From contig CAVRQT010000003.1 of the NCBI GenBank assembly GCA_963723515.1, positions 256,001-320,000 on the forward strand: DNA of 64,000 nt, read 5' to 3'. Source of the DNA: Vulcanimicrobiota bacterium. Lineage in GTDB: Bacteria; Vulcanimicrobiota; Vulcanimicrobiia; Vulcanimicrobiales; Vulcanimicrobiaceae. The notes beneath the pieces were generated by a model that saw only the letters and a program-made list of their open reading frames with translations, ran no database searches and was not told the origin of the DNA. A program made the position numbers and the translations under genes. This document shows, piece by piece, positions 20,278-28,371 of this stretch; position 1 is the first letter of the stretch; the number at the start of each line of letters is the position of its first letter.

Positions 20278-20545
20278 GCGCGCAAGAAAATTTGAGGAGG
20301 CCATGAACGAGCTTGAGCAAATTATAAGCAAGCTCGACGGTGGCAGTGTGGATTTAGAAGAGCACGTCGAGCTTTTTAAGCGCGGAACTGCGCTTGCACG
20401 CGAGTGCGAGAAAATGCTTAAAGCCGCGCAAGATCAGATAGATGAAGCGACGCGCATTCCAAAGTCGGATTCTAAGGCTTTTCCAAAAGTTACTGAGGAA
20501 GACGTCGCGGCCGAAGCCGTGGTCGACGAAGAGATTCCATTCTGA
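20267..20545 (+). CDS. xseB: Exodeoxyribonuclease VII small subunit
   Basis: FEEAMNELEQII.KL..G.V.LEE....F.RG..L...C...L..A. Confidence 0.92.
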   Translation: MPDKRARKFEEAMNELEQIISKLDGGSVDLEEHVELFKRGTALARECEKMLKAAQDQIDEATRIPKSDSKAFPKVTEEDVAAEAVVDEEIPF

Positions 20546-20641
20546 CTTTCTAGTCGCGAACAGCCCGCTCGGCCGCGCTTAGATTACATATCGTGGAATA
20601 CGACGGGGGTGACGCTGATGTTCACTCGAACGGCCAAGCAG

Positions 20642-21121
20642 ATGCGTAAAGTTAACTCGAAAGACGTTGACGAGGAAGCCTGGGAATCACCCAAAGGCAA
20701 GTTCAAATCCGCCGGCAAGCAGATATCCATGGCGCTGGGGCGCAAGCCGGAATCGTTGGATCTGCACGAGCGGCATCCGTTCGATGTGGAAATTGCCCGC
20801 ATACCCGCCGGTGCAACGCCCTATCCCTATCACTCGCATAGCGCGCAGTGGGAGTTCTATCACGTCATTGAGGGTCGTGGAATCGTTCGCCATGAGGACG
20901 GCACAACGGAAGTCGAAACGGGCGATGCGTTCATCTTCAAACCCGGCGAAGCGCACGTCGTTTCCAACAACGGCACGGAAGATTTGATCATGTATGTCAT
21001 TGCCGATAATCCAATCGGTGAATCGTGCTACTATCCAGATAGCAAGAAATGGGTGGTGCGCTCGCCGGAGCGCCGTCTGATCCGCTCCGAACCCTTAGAC
21101 TATTTCGACGGCGAAGAGTAA
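20642..21121 (+). CDS. Cupin domain protein
   Basis: PYHSHSAQWEFYHVIEG...GD.F.F.PG.AH.V.N cupin motifs. Confidence 0.88.
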   Translation: MRKVNSKDVDEEAWESPKGKFKSAGKQISMALGRKPESLDLHERHPFDVEIARIPAGATPYPYHSHSAQWEFYHVIEGRGIVRHEDGTTEVETGDAFIFKPGEAHVVSNNGTEDLIMYVIADNPIGESCYYPDSKKWVVRSPERRLIRSEPLDYFDGEE

Positions 21122-21148
21122 CTACTCAAACGCGCGTGCAGCCGCGGC

Positions 21149-21919
21149 GTGACCATGCGCCTCGACGATGCGGTCGTTCGGCGTGCCGGCGTGACACGAT
21201 CTCGTGCGCGTAGTCTTATTCTCGAAGGTCGCGTGCAAGTGAACGGAGCGCTCGCGACAAAGGCCGGCGCAAAGGTTCGCGATGATGCGCGCATCCAGGT
21301 GCAGGACGCGAAGCCCTACGTCAGCCGCGGCGGTGAGAAGCTGGAAGCGGCGCTGCGGTCCTTTGGAATTGATCCAAGCGCGAAGCGCGCGCTCGACATC
21401 GGCGCCAGCACCGGCGGCTTTACGGATTGCTTGCTGCGCTTCGGTGCAGGGCACGTTACGGCGGTCGACGTTGGTTACGGGCAATTGGCATGGCCGCTTC
21501 GCAATGATGCGCGCGTTCATGCCGTCGAGCGAACGAACTTCCGTTATATTAAAGACGATGAACTTGGCGAGCCGTTCGACTTGATTACGATCGATGCGTC
21601 GTTCATCTCGCTTCGCACGATCGTCGAGCGCGCTCGCGCATTCTTGGCGCCGAGCGGCATCATCATTGCGCTCGTCAAGCCGCAGTTCGAGGCCGGCCGC
21701 GCCCGCGTGCAACGCGGCGGTGTTGTCCGTGATGCCGAAGTACATGCGGCCGTATTGCGCGAAGTGCGCGATGCGATGAACGAACTTGGCTTACGGGCCG
21801 TTGCGCTCGCTCCCTCACCGCTGCTTGGGCCGGCGGGAAACCGAGAGTTCTTTATCGCCTTGCAGCGCAGCGGCAATCCGATCGGCGATGGGGCGATTGC
21901 AGAGGCCGCCGGAATTTGA
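21149..21919 (+). CDS. tlyA: TlyA family rRNA 2'-O-methyltransferase
   Basis: S4 domain, YVSRGGEKL, LDIGASTGGFTDCLL, DASFISL, LVKPQFE, GN.EF. Confidence 0.95.
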   Translation: MTMRLDDAVVRRAGVTRSRARSLILEGRVQVNGALATKAGAKVRDDARIQVQDAKPYVSRGGEKLEAALRSFGIDPSAKRALDIGASTGGFTDCLLRFGAGHVTAVDVGYGQLAWPLRNDARVHAVERTNFRYIKDDELGEPFDLITIDASFISLRTIVERARAFLAPSGIIIALVKPQFEAGRARVQRGGVVRDAEVHAAVLREVRDAMNELGLRAVALAPSPLLGPAGNREFFIALQRSGNPIGDGAIAEAAGI

Positions 21920-22758
21920 CCGGAGCGAGCATCACCGCCAAGAGTCAAACGATCGCGTTATTTGTCGATCCGAATCGCGGCAATGCGCAAGCCCTCGCTC
22001 AGCGCGTCTCGAGCGCGTTTTCGAAACGCGGATATGGCGTGCTCACGATGGATGGCGGGGCACAATTGCGAGACGCCTCCTTGCTCGTAACGATCGGGGG
22101 CGACGGTACGCTTCTGCGTGCAGCGCGTCTTGCGATTGAAACCGATACGCCGCTCTTGGGAATCAATACCGGCCGCCTTGGATTCTTGACGGAGTTCGAT
22201 GAAGGCGATCCGCGCATCGAGCAGTTGCCGGAACTGTTCGCCGGCGGTTTGCACATCGAAGAGCGCGTCGCGCTGCGAGCCGAGTATGAGGGGCGGCAAT
22301 ATTTTGCGCTCAACGATGTGATCGTGCGCAAGGGCGGCATCTCGCGCATCGTTCCCTTCGGGCTTTGCCTCGACGATGAACAGGCAGCGCACATTCCCGC
22401 GGACGGGATCTGCATCTCGACGCCGACCGGTTCGACTGCGTATTTCCTTTCGGCGGGAGGCGCCATCATATCGCCGCGCGTCGAGGCGTTCGGTATCGCG
22501 CCGCTTCTTGCACATACGCTGTTCTCGCGTCCGCTGATCGTTCCGATCACCTCGCGCATCGTGATCAGCGTCGACTCCGACATCGAACATGCAAATTTAG
22601 AAACCGACGGCGATCTAGCGAGCGATCTCGCGCCCGGCACGAGCGTTGTGATCACGAAGCACCCCAAGATGATCCGCTTTGCGCGCACATCGCCGTTGCA
22701 TTTCTTCGAGCGCCTTGAAGAGAAGATGCTCTGGGGCGTCTCGATCAAACGAATTTAA
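21916..22758 (+). CDS. nadK: NAD kinase
   Basis: GGDGT, GINTGRLGFL, ALND, ADG...STPTGSTAY..SAGG. Confidence 0.95.
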   Translation: MTGASITAKSQTIALFVDPNRGNAQALAQRVSSAFSKRGYGVLTMDGGAQLRDASLLVTIGGDGTLLRAARLAIETDTPLLGINTGRLGFLTEFDEGDPRIEQLPELFAGGLHIEERVALRAEYEGRQYFALNDVIVRKGGISRIVPFGLCLDDEQAAHIPADGICISTPTGSTAYFLSAGGAIISPRVEAFGIAPLLAHTLFSRPLIVPITSRIVISVDSDIEHANLETDGDLASDLAPGTSVVITKHPKMIRFARTSPLHFFERLEEKMLWGVSIKRI

Positions 22759-22775
22759 ACGAATTTAACTGAAGA

Positions 22776-22855
22776 GTCCCAGTGTCATGCTGAGCCTGTC
22801 GAAGCATGACTGGCGGTCATGTCACACTTCGACAAGCTCAGTGTGACACAGGGAC
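22776..22855. repeat. Inverted doublet (REPIN-like) of the 27-bp hairpin repeat between convergent nadK and pyk
   Basis: GTCCC..GTCATGCTGAGCCTGTCGAAGCATGAC (22784-22810), 10 bp, GTCACACTTCGACAAGCTCAGTGTGAC (22821-22847)..GGGAC. Confidence 0.9.
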
Positions 22856-22937
22856 AATCGCATGGAACAAAACCAACGATCTCCGGCTTCAACTTCTAAT
22901 TGCTCTCAATCAGGTTCTCTGCATCGTAAAGCTGTCG

Positions 22938-24362
22938 CTAGCTTATACGATGTATTTTTAGCACGTTCGTGCCGCCGGCGCCGACCGGCATGCCCGTCGT
23001 GAACGCGACGCAGTCGCCCGATTTGGCGAGGCCGGTTTCCTTCAAACGTTGTTCGGTGTGCTGGAGAAGCTGATCGAACGAGCCGTAATCCTCGATCAAC
23101 AGCGATTCCACGCCCCAAACAAGTGAGAGCCGTCGCGCCACCTCGATGACGGGTGTCAAGGCGATGATGCGCGCGCGCGGCCGGAAAGCAGAAATGTGGT
23201 GTGCCGTGTTGCCCGTTGTCGTGCCGGTCACAATGTAAGGCAGCTCCAGCTCATCCGCGCTGCGCACGGCCGCCTCAGCGATCGAGCTTGCGATGTCCGG
23301 GCGGATGTTCTCGAGCCGGCGCGCGTGCAGAATTTCGTGCGGATAAGAACGTTCCACTTCGCGCGCAATCTGCGCCATGACGCGAACCGCTTCAGTCGGA
23401 TAAGCGCCGCGGGCCGTCTCTCCCGAGAGCATCACTGCGTCAGTTCCGTCCAGGATCGCATTGGCAACGTCGGCCGCTTCGGCACGGGTTGGTCGCGGCG
23501 CCGAAATCATCGATTCCAACATCTGCGTTGCGGTGATGACGGGCTTTGAAACGCGGTTGCAACGCGCCACTAAATCTTTTTGCACCATCGGTACGAGCTC
23601 GAGGGGCATCTCAATGCCGAGATCACCGCGTGCGATCATGATGCCGTCTGCTGCCCGAACGATCGCTTCGATGTCTTTTAAGGCGTCATGCCGCTCGATC
23701 TTGGCGAGGACTCGAGCGACGCCGTGATGTTGCGCGATGAACTCTTTGACCTGGATGACGTCATCGGCTGAGCGTACGAATGAGACCGCGACCCAATCGA
23801 CGTCCTTCGTTAAACCGAATTCAAGGAACTCGAGATCGCGCTCTGTTACCGCGGCAATATTGAGCGAGCCGTCAGGATAGTTGATACCCTGCGTCGCGCG
23901 CAGATCGCCGCCGACCTCGACGACTGTGTCGATCGACGTTGCATCCTTTCCGGTAATGCGTAATGCAATCGCGCCGTCGGCAAGGTAGATTCGCTTTCCG
24001 AGAGCGACGTCGGCCGCTAGATTCGCATACGAAACGGAAACATGTTGCGCATCGCCCGAAACAGAGGCGGTTTCCAAGCGAAACGGCTTTCCGCGTTCGA
24101 GATGCACGGACGACGCATTTCCCCCGAGCGTTCCAGTGCGCACTTTTGGTCCCGGAAGATCTTGCAAGACGCCCGCGTGTACGTCCAGCTCCTCGCTGAG
24201 GCGGCGCACGGCATCGACGACGGCGCCATGTTCGTCCGCACTACCGTGCGAGAAATTGAGGCGTGCAACGTTCATTCCGGAGATGAGCAGCGAGCGCAAA
24301 ATCGGATCGCTGCGCGATGCCGGCCCGATCGTTGCAACGATCTTCGTGCGTTTATGCAGCAT
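22938..24362 (-). CDS. pyk: Pyruvate kinase
   Basis: RTKIVATIGPAS, RLNFSHG, DLPGPKVR, AKIE, MIARGDLGIE, ATQMLESM, DAVMLSGETA. Confidence 0.97.
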   Translation of the reverse strand: MLHKRTKIVATIGPASRSDPILRSLLISGMNVARLNFSHGSADEHGAVVDAVRRLSEELDVHAGVLQDLPGPKVRTGTLGGNASSVHLERGKPFRLETASVSGDAQHVSVSYANLAADVALGKRIYLADGAIALRITGKDATSIDTVVEVGGDLRATQGINYPDGSLNIAAVTERDLEFLEFGLTKDVDWVAVSFVRSADDVIQVKEFIAQHHGVARVLAKIERHDALKDIEAIVRAADGIMIARGDLGIEMPLELVPMVQKDLVARCNRVSKPVITATQMLESMISAPRPTRAEAADVANAILDGTDAVMLSGETARGAYPTEAVRVMAQIAREVERSYPHEILHARRLENIRPDIASSIAEAAVRSADELELPYIVTGTTTGNTAHHISAFRPRARIIALTPVIEVARRLSLVWGVESLLIEDYGSFDQLLQHTEQRLKETGLAKSGDCVAFTTGMPVGAGGTNVLKIHRIS

Positions 24363-24368
24363 CGGCGT

Positions 24369-24391
24369 GTCATGCTGAGCTTGTCGAAGCA
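24369..24391 (+). repeat. Dispersed copy of the hairpin repeat directly upstream of pyk
   Basis: GTCATGCTGAGCTTGTCGAAGCA. Confidence 0.85.
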
Positions 24392-24455
24392 CGCGTGCCC
24401 GCTTGCGTTACTGTAACGGCAGGCTCCTGCGGCTGATTAATCGCACTAACGCTCG

Positions 24456-25832
24456 ATGCCCCGCCGCGATCCCACCGACGAGCGTATGCATCGCCGGTTG
24501 GCGGTCAGTTATGTCATTTCAATTCTCCTTCACGCGCTGATCGCGCTACTCTTCGTGACAACGGCTTCGCAAATGTCGGAGCAATCTGCACCCGAAGCGA
24601 CGCAAGGCGCTCCCGCTGTTAGCGTCTCGCACATACGATTGAGCACGCGCGCGAAGAGCACGGCGGTTCAAAAACGCGCGCCCTCTCCGAGTGCACCGCG
24701 CATCGCGCCGCCGCAAGCGATTCCTCTTATCGCAGGACGACCGCCGGTGCCGACACGTCGTGAATTAGCGAAGATCGTTCCGAAAGCACCGCCGAATCCG
24801 ACGCCGGCACCGCCGGCACCGTTGCAGCGTAATCCGCAACGGGTGCAAGTCGCAGTAGGCACACCCACGCCTGCGCCGATTCCGGCGGTCCCAATATCCG
24901 CGCCGACACCGATTCCGATCATCGCTCCAAAGCCGCAATTCACGACACAACCGACCGCTGCGCCCTCGGTCGCGCCGACCGCGCATGCAACGCTTGCACC
25001 GCGCGCGACCGCGTCACCAATGCCGTTGAAGTCGCCGGTCGTCGCGACAAGGGCCGTGCCGACGCATGCGCCCACTCCGGCCACTGCCGCAGCGACACCG
25101 GCCGCGGCTGCATCCGCCGCAGCGCGCGTCGCCGCAAGCCCCGCGGCACGACAGACGCCCGGTGTTCCAAGACCGGCACCATCCGGTATTGCGAGTCCCT
25201 CCGCGCAGCGCGGCAATGCGCCAAGCCCCGGTCCCAAAGCCGCGGCAAGCGCGGGACCCGGAGCCGTTCCTCGCGCCGGCGCGAAACCGCAACCGCCGCG
25301 TCCGATCAACCTTCCGCCGACGCCATCACCTTCGCCGCGTCCGACAGCCAAACCGGCGAAGCTCCCACCGCAAAAAGAGAAGGCCTATGCCGATCTCAAC
25401 GCGCGCTTGCGCAAACTCTTGCCGAACAACGCCGTCAAGCCGACAACCAAGCACTTTACGACAGGGCCCGAAGCGATGCGACCCGCCGAACCGACGCCTC
25501 CGCCGGATGTCCTCGCGAAGACGAAGTACATCTACCGCTCGGCGAGCCATCGAGCCGAAGATCGCTTCACGATGTGGGTGACGTCGCTCAAGAAGCTCGG
25601 TTTCTTGACCGTCTGCCACGGTTGGCTCGTGCGCTATCCCGCAGCGCCTCCCTCGTATGGCAGCGTCGCGGCCGGATCTGGCGGGCCGTTGCACGGTGGT
25701 GCGGTCGCCTTGCCCGACCCCGGGCCGCGGCCGCAAAACGCTTTCATGCCCATCATCGAAACCGACGCCAGCTACGTCTGTCCGGCGAGCGCTTTGCAGC
25801 CATTTTATCCACAGCCGGCGCCGCAAAAATAG
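24456..25832 (+). CDS. Membrane-anchored Pro/Ala-rich protein with TonB/TolA-like anchor and unknown C-terminal domain
   Basis: SYVISILLHALIALL TM with S-x3-H, about 250 aa P/A/T-rich linker, globular C-terminus with two Cys. Confidence 0.7.
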   Translation: MPRRDPTDERMHRRLAVSYVISILLHALIALLFVTTASQMSEQSAPEATQGAPAVSVSHIRLSTRAKSTAVQKRAPSPSAPRIAPPQAIPLIAGRPPVPTRRELAKIVPKAPPNPTPAPPAPLQRNPQRVQVAVGTPTPAPIPAVPISAPTPIPIIAPKPQFTTQPTAAPSVAPTAHATLAPRATASPMPLKSPVVATRAVPTHAPTPATAAATPAAAASAAARVAASPAARQTPGVPRPAPSGIASPSAQRGNAPSPGPKAAASAGPGAVPRAGAKPQPPRPINLPPTPSPSPRPTAKPAKLPPQKEKAYADLNARLRKLLPNNAVKPTTKHFTTGPEAMRPAEPTPPPDVLAKTKYIYRSASHRAEDRFTMWVTSLKKLGFLTVCHGWLVRYPAAPPSYGSVAAGSGGPLHGGAVALPDPGPRPQNAFMPIIETDASYVCPASALQPFYPQPAPQK

Positions 25833-25846
25833 GCGTTCTGCCCCTA

Positions 25847-25875
25847 TTGAATCGCGTAATTCAGGCGCGTAAAAT
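25847..25875 (+). promoter_or_regulatory. Near-consensus sigma70 promoter
   Basis: TTGAAT, 17 bp, TAAAAT. Confidence 0.75.
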
Positions 25876-25880
25876 ATGGG

Positions 25881-26098
25881 TATCTCGTTCGAGATCAGAG
25901 AGCGTAAGACACAAGGAGGGCGGTTGGAACCGCAAAGTCCACCGGGTCAGAGAGACCCCAACGAGCGCGCCTAGCGGGCGCTAAGTGATCTAAGCGCTCA
26001 ACGCATGCCGGACGTATTCCGGCCGGCGCAGACTCGAAGAATATCGGAAACCAGCAAAAGGGCCGCGTTCTAGTGCATCTAGGACACGGCCGTTTTGC
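25881..26098 (+). ncRNA. Candidate structured small RNA (or sORF transcript), family unidentified
   Basis: Own promoter, several GC hairpins, 5'/3' complementarity (TTCGAG/CTCGAA), own terminator, no long ORF. Confidence 0.55.
26054..26098 (+). terminator. Intrinsic terminator
   Basis: GCAAAAgGGCCGcGTTCTAG-tgcat-CTAGGACaCGGCCgTTTTGC. Confidence 0.7.
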
Positions 26099-26103
26099 AA
26101 AAG

Positions 26104-26132
26104 TTGCCTGAGCGGCGACTTTTTGCTATCCT
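26104..26132 (+). promoter_or_regulatory. Promoter of the rimP-nusA-infB operon
   Basis: TTGCCT, 17 bp, TATCCT with extended TG. Confidence 0.6.
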
Positions 26133-26154
26133 ACTTTTCGGTCATTTTTGATAC

Positions 26155-26180
26155 AAAGCGTGGGCAGGTCCCGCGCTTCG
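26155..26180 (+). promoter_or_regulatory. rimP-leader-type hairpin
   Basis: AAGCGTGGG-caggt-CCCGCGCTT, matching the GGG...CCC hairpin commonly found upstream of rimP. Confidence 0.6.
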
Positions 26181-26188
26181 TTGTTCAA

Positions 26189-26287
26189 TGGGGCCCCGCC
26201 CGCGACACTTCGACAGGCTCAGTGCTTGGGCGGGGGCGGCGTAGATCGCTTTTCGTCGCATCGTGACGAAATGCGATTGGAGCGCCA
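26189..26287. repeat. GC-rich composite palindromic element containing a hairpin-repeat copy (26205-26224)
   Basis: GGGGCCCCGCCC..ACACTTCGACAGGCTCAGTG..GGGCGGGGGCG...GGAGCGCC; similar ends to the element upstream of rbfA. Confidence 0.6.
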
Positions 26288-26333
26288 AGCGTTGCGCACG
26301 GTGCAACGCTATGTTAAATGGGGGTCGAGAAGT

Positions 26334-26840
26334 ATGGCTCTGGCTCGCGCCTTCGAGCGCGCAGTCGATCAACTACGATACGACGCTGCATTCGCGGATG
26401 TCGAAGTCGTTTCGCATTCCGCACAGCATCGCCGTGATACGCATGCCCTTAAAGTCGTGCTCGATCGACCGGGCGGAGCGGACGTCGCACTCTGCGAGCG
26501 CATCGCCGGCGAGCTCAACGCACGGCTGCAAGGCTTTGACGAGCCATACACCTTAGAGGTGGAAACGGCCGGACTAGATCGTCCCCTTAGCAAAGCCGCC
26601 GACTACGCGCGTTTTTCCGGTCGCGAAGTTAAGGTTGCCACGACGCTATCGATCAGCGGTCAGAAGACGCATCACGGCACGCTGCTCGGAATGCGCGGGA
26701 CGAACGTTGTCTTACAAACAAAAAGCGGTGAGCTGCCGATTCCCCTGGACCTAATCAAATCTGCCCGCCTCGAGTTCGATATTCGAGCCGACCTGCGGCG
26801 GGCAAAAGAAGAAAGAAAACGACATGAACACCACGCTTGA
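26334..26840 (+). CDS. rimP: Ribosome maturation factor RimP
   Basis: LKVVLDRPGG.D...C, YTLEVE.AGLDRPL....DY.RF.G; upstream of nusA. Confidence 0.93.
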   Translation: MALARAFERAVDQLRYDAAFADVEVVSHSAQHRRDTHALKVVLDRPGGADVALCERIAGELNARLQGFDEPYTLEVETAGLDRPLSKAADYARFSGREVKVATTLSISGQKTHHGTLLGMRGTNVVLQTKSGELPIPLDLIKSARLEFDIRADLRRAKEERKRHEHHA

Positions 26841-28047
26841 GTCGAGTGAACTGCTGACTGCGCTGCGCGAAATCGCGCGGGAGCGCGACATTCCGTTTGA
26901 AATGTTACTCGAGGCGCTTGAGGCCGCGTTGATCACGGCGTACAAACGGCACTATGGCGGAGAAGCAAACGCCATCGTGACGCTGGATCGCCAGAGCGGC
27001 GAGTACACCGTCTACCATCGACGCAACGTGGTTGCCGAAGTTCTGGATCGAAAACTCGAGATCTCGCAGAAAGAAGCGGGCGCGCGGTATCAAATCGGCG
27101 ATTTTTACGACGAGGTCGTCACGCCGAAAGACTTCGGACGCATCGCCGCGCAGACCGCAAAGCAAGTGATCGTCCAACGGATTCGCGAGGCCGAGCGCGA
27201 CACAATCTATAACAAATATGCTGCCCGCGTCAACGACATCGTTCGCGGTACGGTGCAACGTTACGAACAGCGCAATATGTACGTCCTGCTGGAAGGCAAA
27301 GACGAAGCGCTTTTGCCGCTTTCGGAACAGGTGCCGCGCGAAAACTTCCGCATCAACGATTTTATTCGCGCCTACATCTTAGACGTGCGCAAATCGCCGA
27401 AAGGCCCGACCGTCATTCTTTCGCGCGCCGCTGAAGGTCTCGTGCAGCGGCTGCTCGAGTTCGAAGTTCCGGAGATAGAAGGCGGGATCGTCGAGCTGAT
27501 GGCAATCGCGCGCGAAGCGGGCAGCCGAAGCAAAGTCGCGGTGCGTTCAAATCGCAATGAAGTCGACGCCGTCGGTGCATGCCTGGGCCCGAAGTCGAGC
27601 CGCATTGCCAATGTCTCCGATGAACTGCGCGGGGAGAAGATCGACGTCATTCGTTGGGACCCCGATCCCGTGACGTTTATCAGCAACGCGCTCGCGCCGG
27701 CGAAGGTGATCGGTGTCGAGCTCTTTCCGGAAGACGGTTCGGCGCTCGTCACCGTGCCGGATTATCAACTCTCGCTTGCGATCGGACGCGAAGGCCAAAA
27801 TGTGCGCCTTGCGGCCCGTTTAACCGGCTGGCGGTTGGACATTGCGAGCGAAGCGGAGGCGGCGCAAGCGCGAGAGCGGTACTTGAGCGATCGTGTGCGC
27901 ACGGCCGAGCAGCCGCCGCCGATCGAAGAAACCGTCGAGCCCATCGCTGAAGAGAAACTCGAAGAGCCGGCAATCGATGCCGATCTGATTCGTAAGCTCG
28001 AAGAGTTCAAGCGCGAGCGGCTTGGGCAAGGTGGAGAACCAAAATAG
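26824..28047 (+). CDS. nusA: Transcription factor NusA
   Basis: FGRIAAQTAKQVIVQRIREAER, AREAG.RSK.AV, LSLAIGREGQNVRLAARLTGW. Confidence 0.98.
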   Translation: MNTTLESSELLTALREIARERDIPFEMLLEALEAALITAYKRHYGGEANAIVTLDRQSGEYTVYHRRNVVAEVLDRKLEISQKEAGARYQIGDFYDEVVTPKDFGRIAAQTAKQVIVQRIREAERDTIYNKYAARVNDIVRGTVQRYEQRNMYVLLEGKDEALLPLSEQVPRENFRINDFIRAYILDVRKSPKGPTVILSRAAEGLVQRLLEFEVPEIEGGIVELMAIAREAGSRSKVAVRSNRNEVDAVGACLGPKSSRIANVSDELRGEKIDVIRWDPDPVTFISNALAPAKVIGVELFPEDGSALVTVPDYQLSLAIGREGQNVRLAARLTGWRLDIASEAEAAQARERYLSDRVRTAEQPPPIEETVEPIAEEKLEEPAIDADLIRKLEEFKRERLGQGGEPK

Positions 28048-28297
28048 GCCGCCGATTCGCACCTGCGTCGGTTGTCGTGAGCGAAAGGCGCAAGCGGCGA
28101 TGCGGCGCTTCGTTCGGCGCGGCACTCAGTGGGTGGCCGATGCAGCGCCAAAACGCAGCGCGGGGCGAGGCGCCTACTTATGCTCCGCTGAATGCGCCCG
28201 GCGAGTTTTCAAGAATAAGCGTTACGCGAGCCTTGCATCCGCAGCGCTCGAGAACGTGTTTGAAAGTGGCTACGATGCTCAACATCACTGTCCGTGA
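28031..28297 (+). CDS. ylxR: YlxR/RnpM family protein
   Basis: PIRTCVGCR, GRGAYLC...C; between nusA and infB. Confidence 0.9.
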   Translation: MENQNRPPIRTCVGCRERKAQAAMRRFVRRGTQWVADAAPKRSAGRGAYLCSAECARRVFKNKRYASLASAALENVFESGYDAQHHCP

Positions 28298-28371
28298 ATA
28301 AGGGGATCTGGATGCCCCGGGGATGCGCGCCATGAGCTGACGCGCGACCCTTTGGGGGCTCACAATACAAT

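Noticed and set aside
22747..22766. 10-bp tandem duplication AAACGAATTT at the nadK stop as a target-site duplication
   Set aside because: The copies are adjacent rather than flanking the nearby repeat doublet; no support for a link
24363..24392. N-terminal extension of pyruvate kinase (MLRQAQHDTP)
   Set aside because: It is a translation of the hairpin repeat; the conserved start is ATG 24362
24668..25351. Long antisense ORFs over Pro/Ala-rich and other GC-rich genes
   Set aside because: Shadow ORFs expected from GC-rich codon usage; no independent motifs
25881..26098. RNase P RNA or tmRNA identity for the candidate RNA
   Set aside because: AAAGTCC is present but not GAGGAAAGTCC or the conserved 3' motif; no tRNA-like ends; too short
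26148..26333. Long N-terminal extensions on RimP (and similarly RbfA, 31058-31141)
   Set aside because: They run through leader hairpins and repeat elements; homology begins at ATG 26334 and ATG 31142
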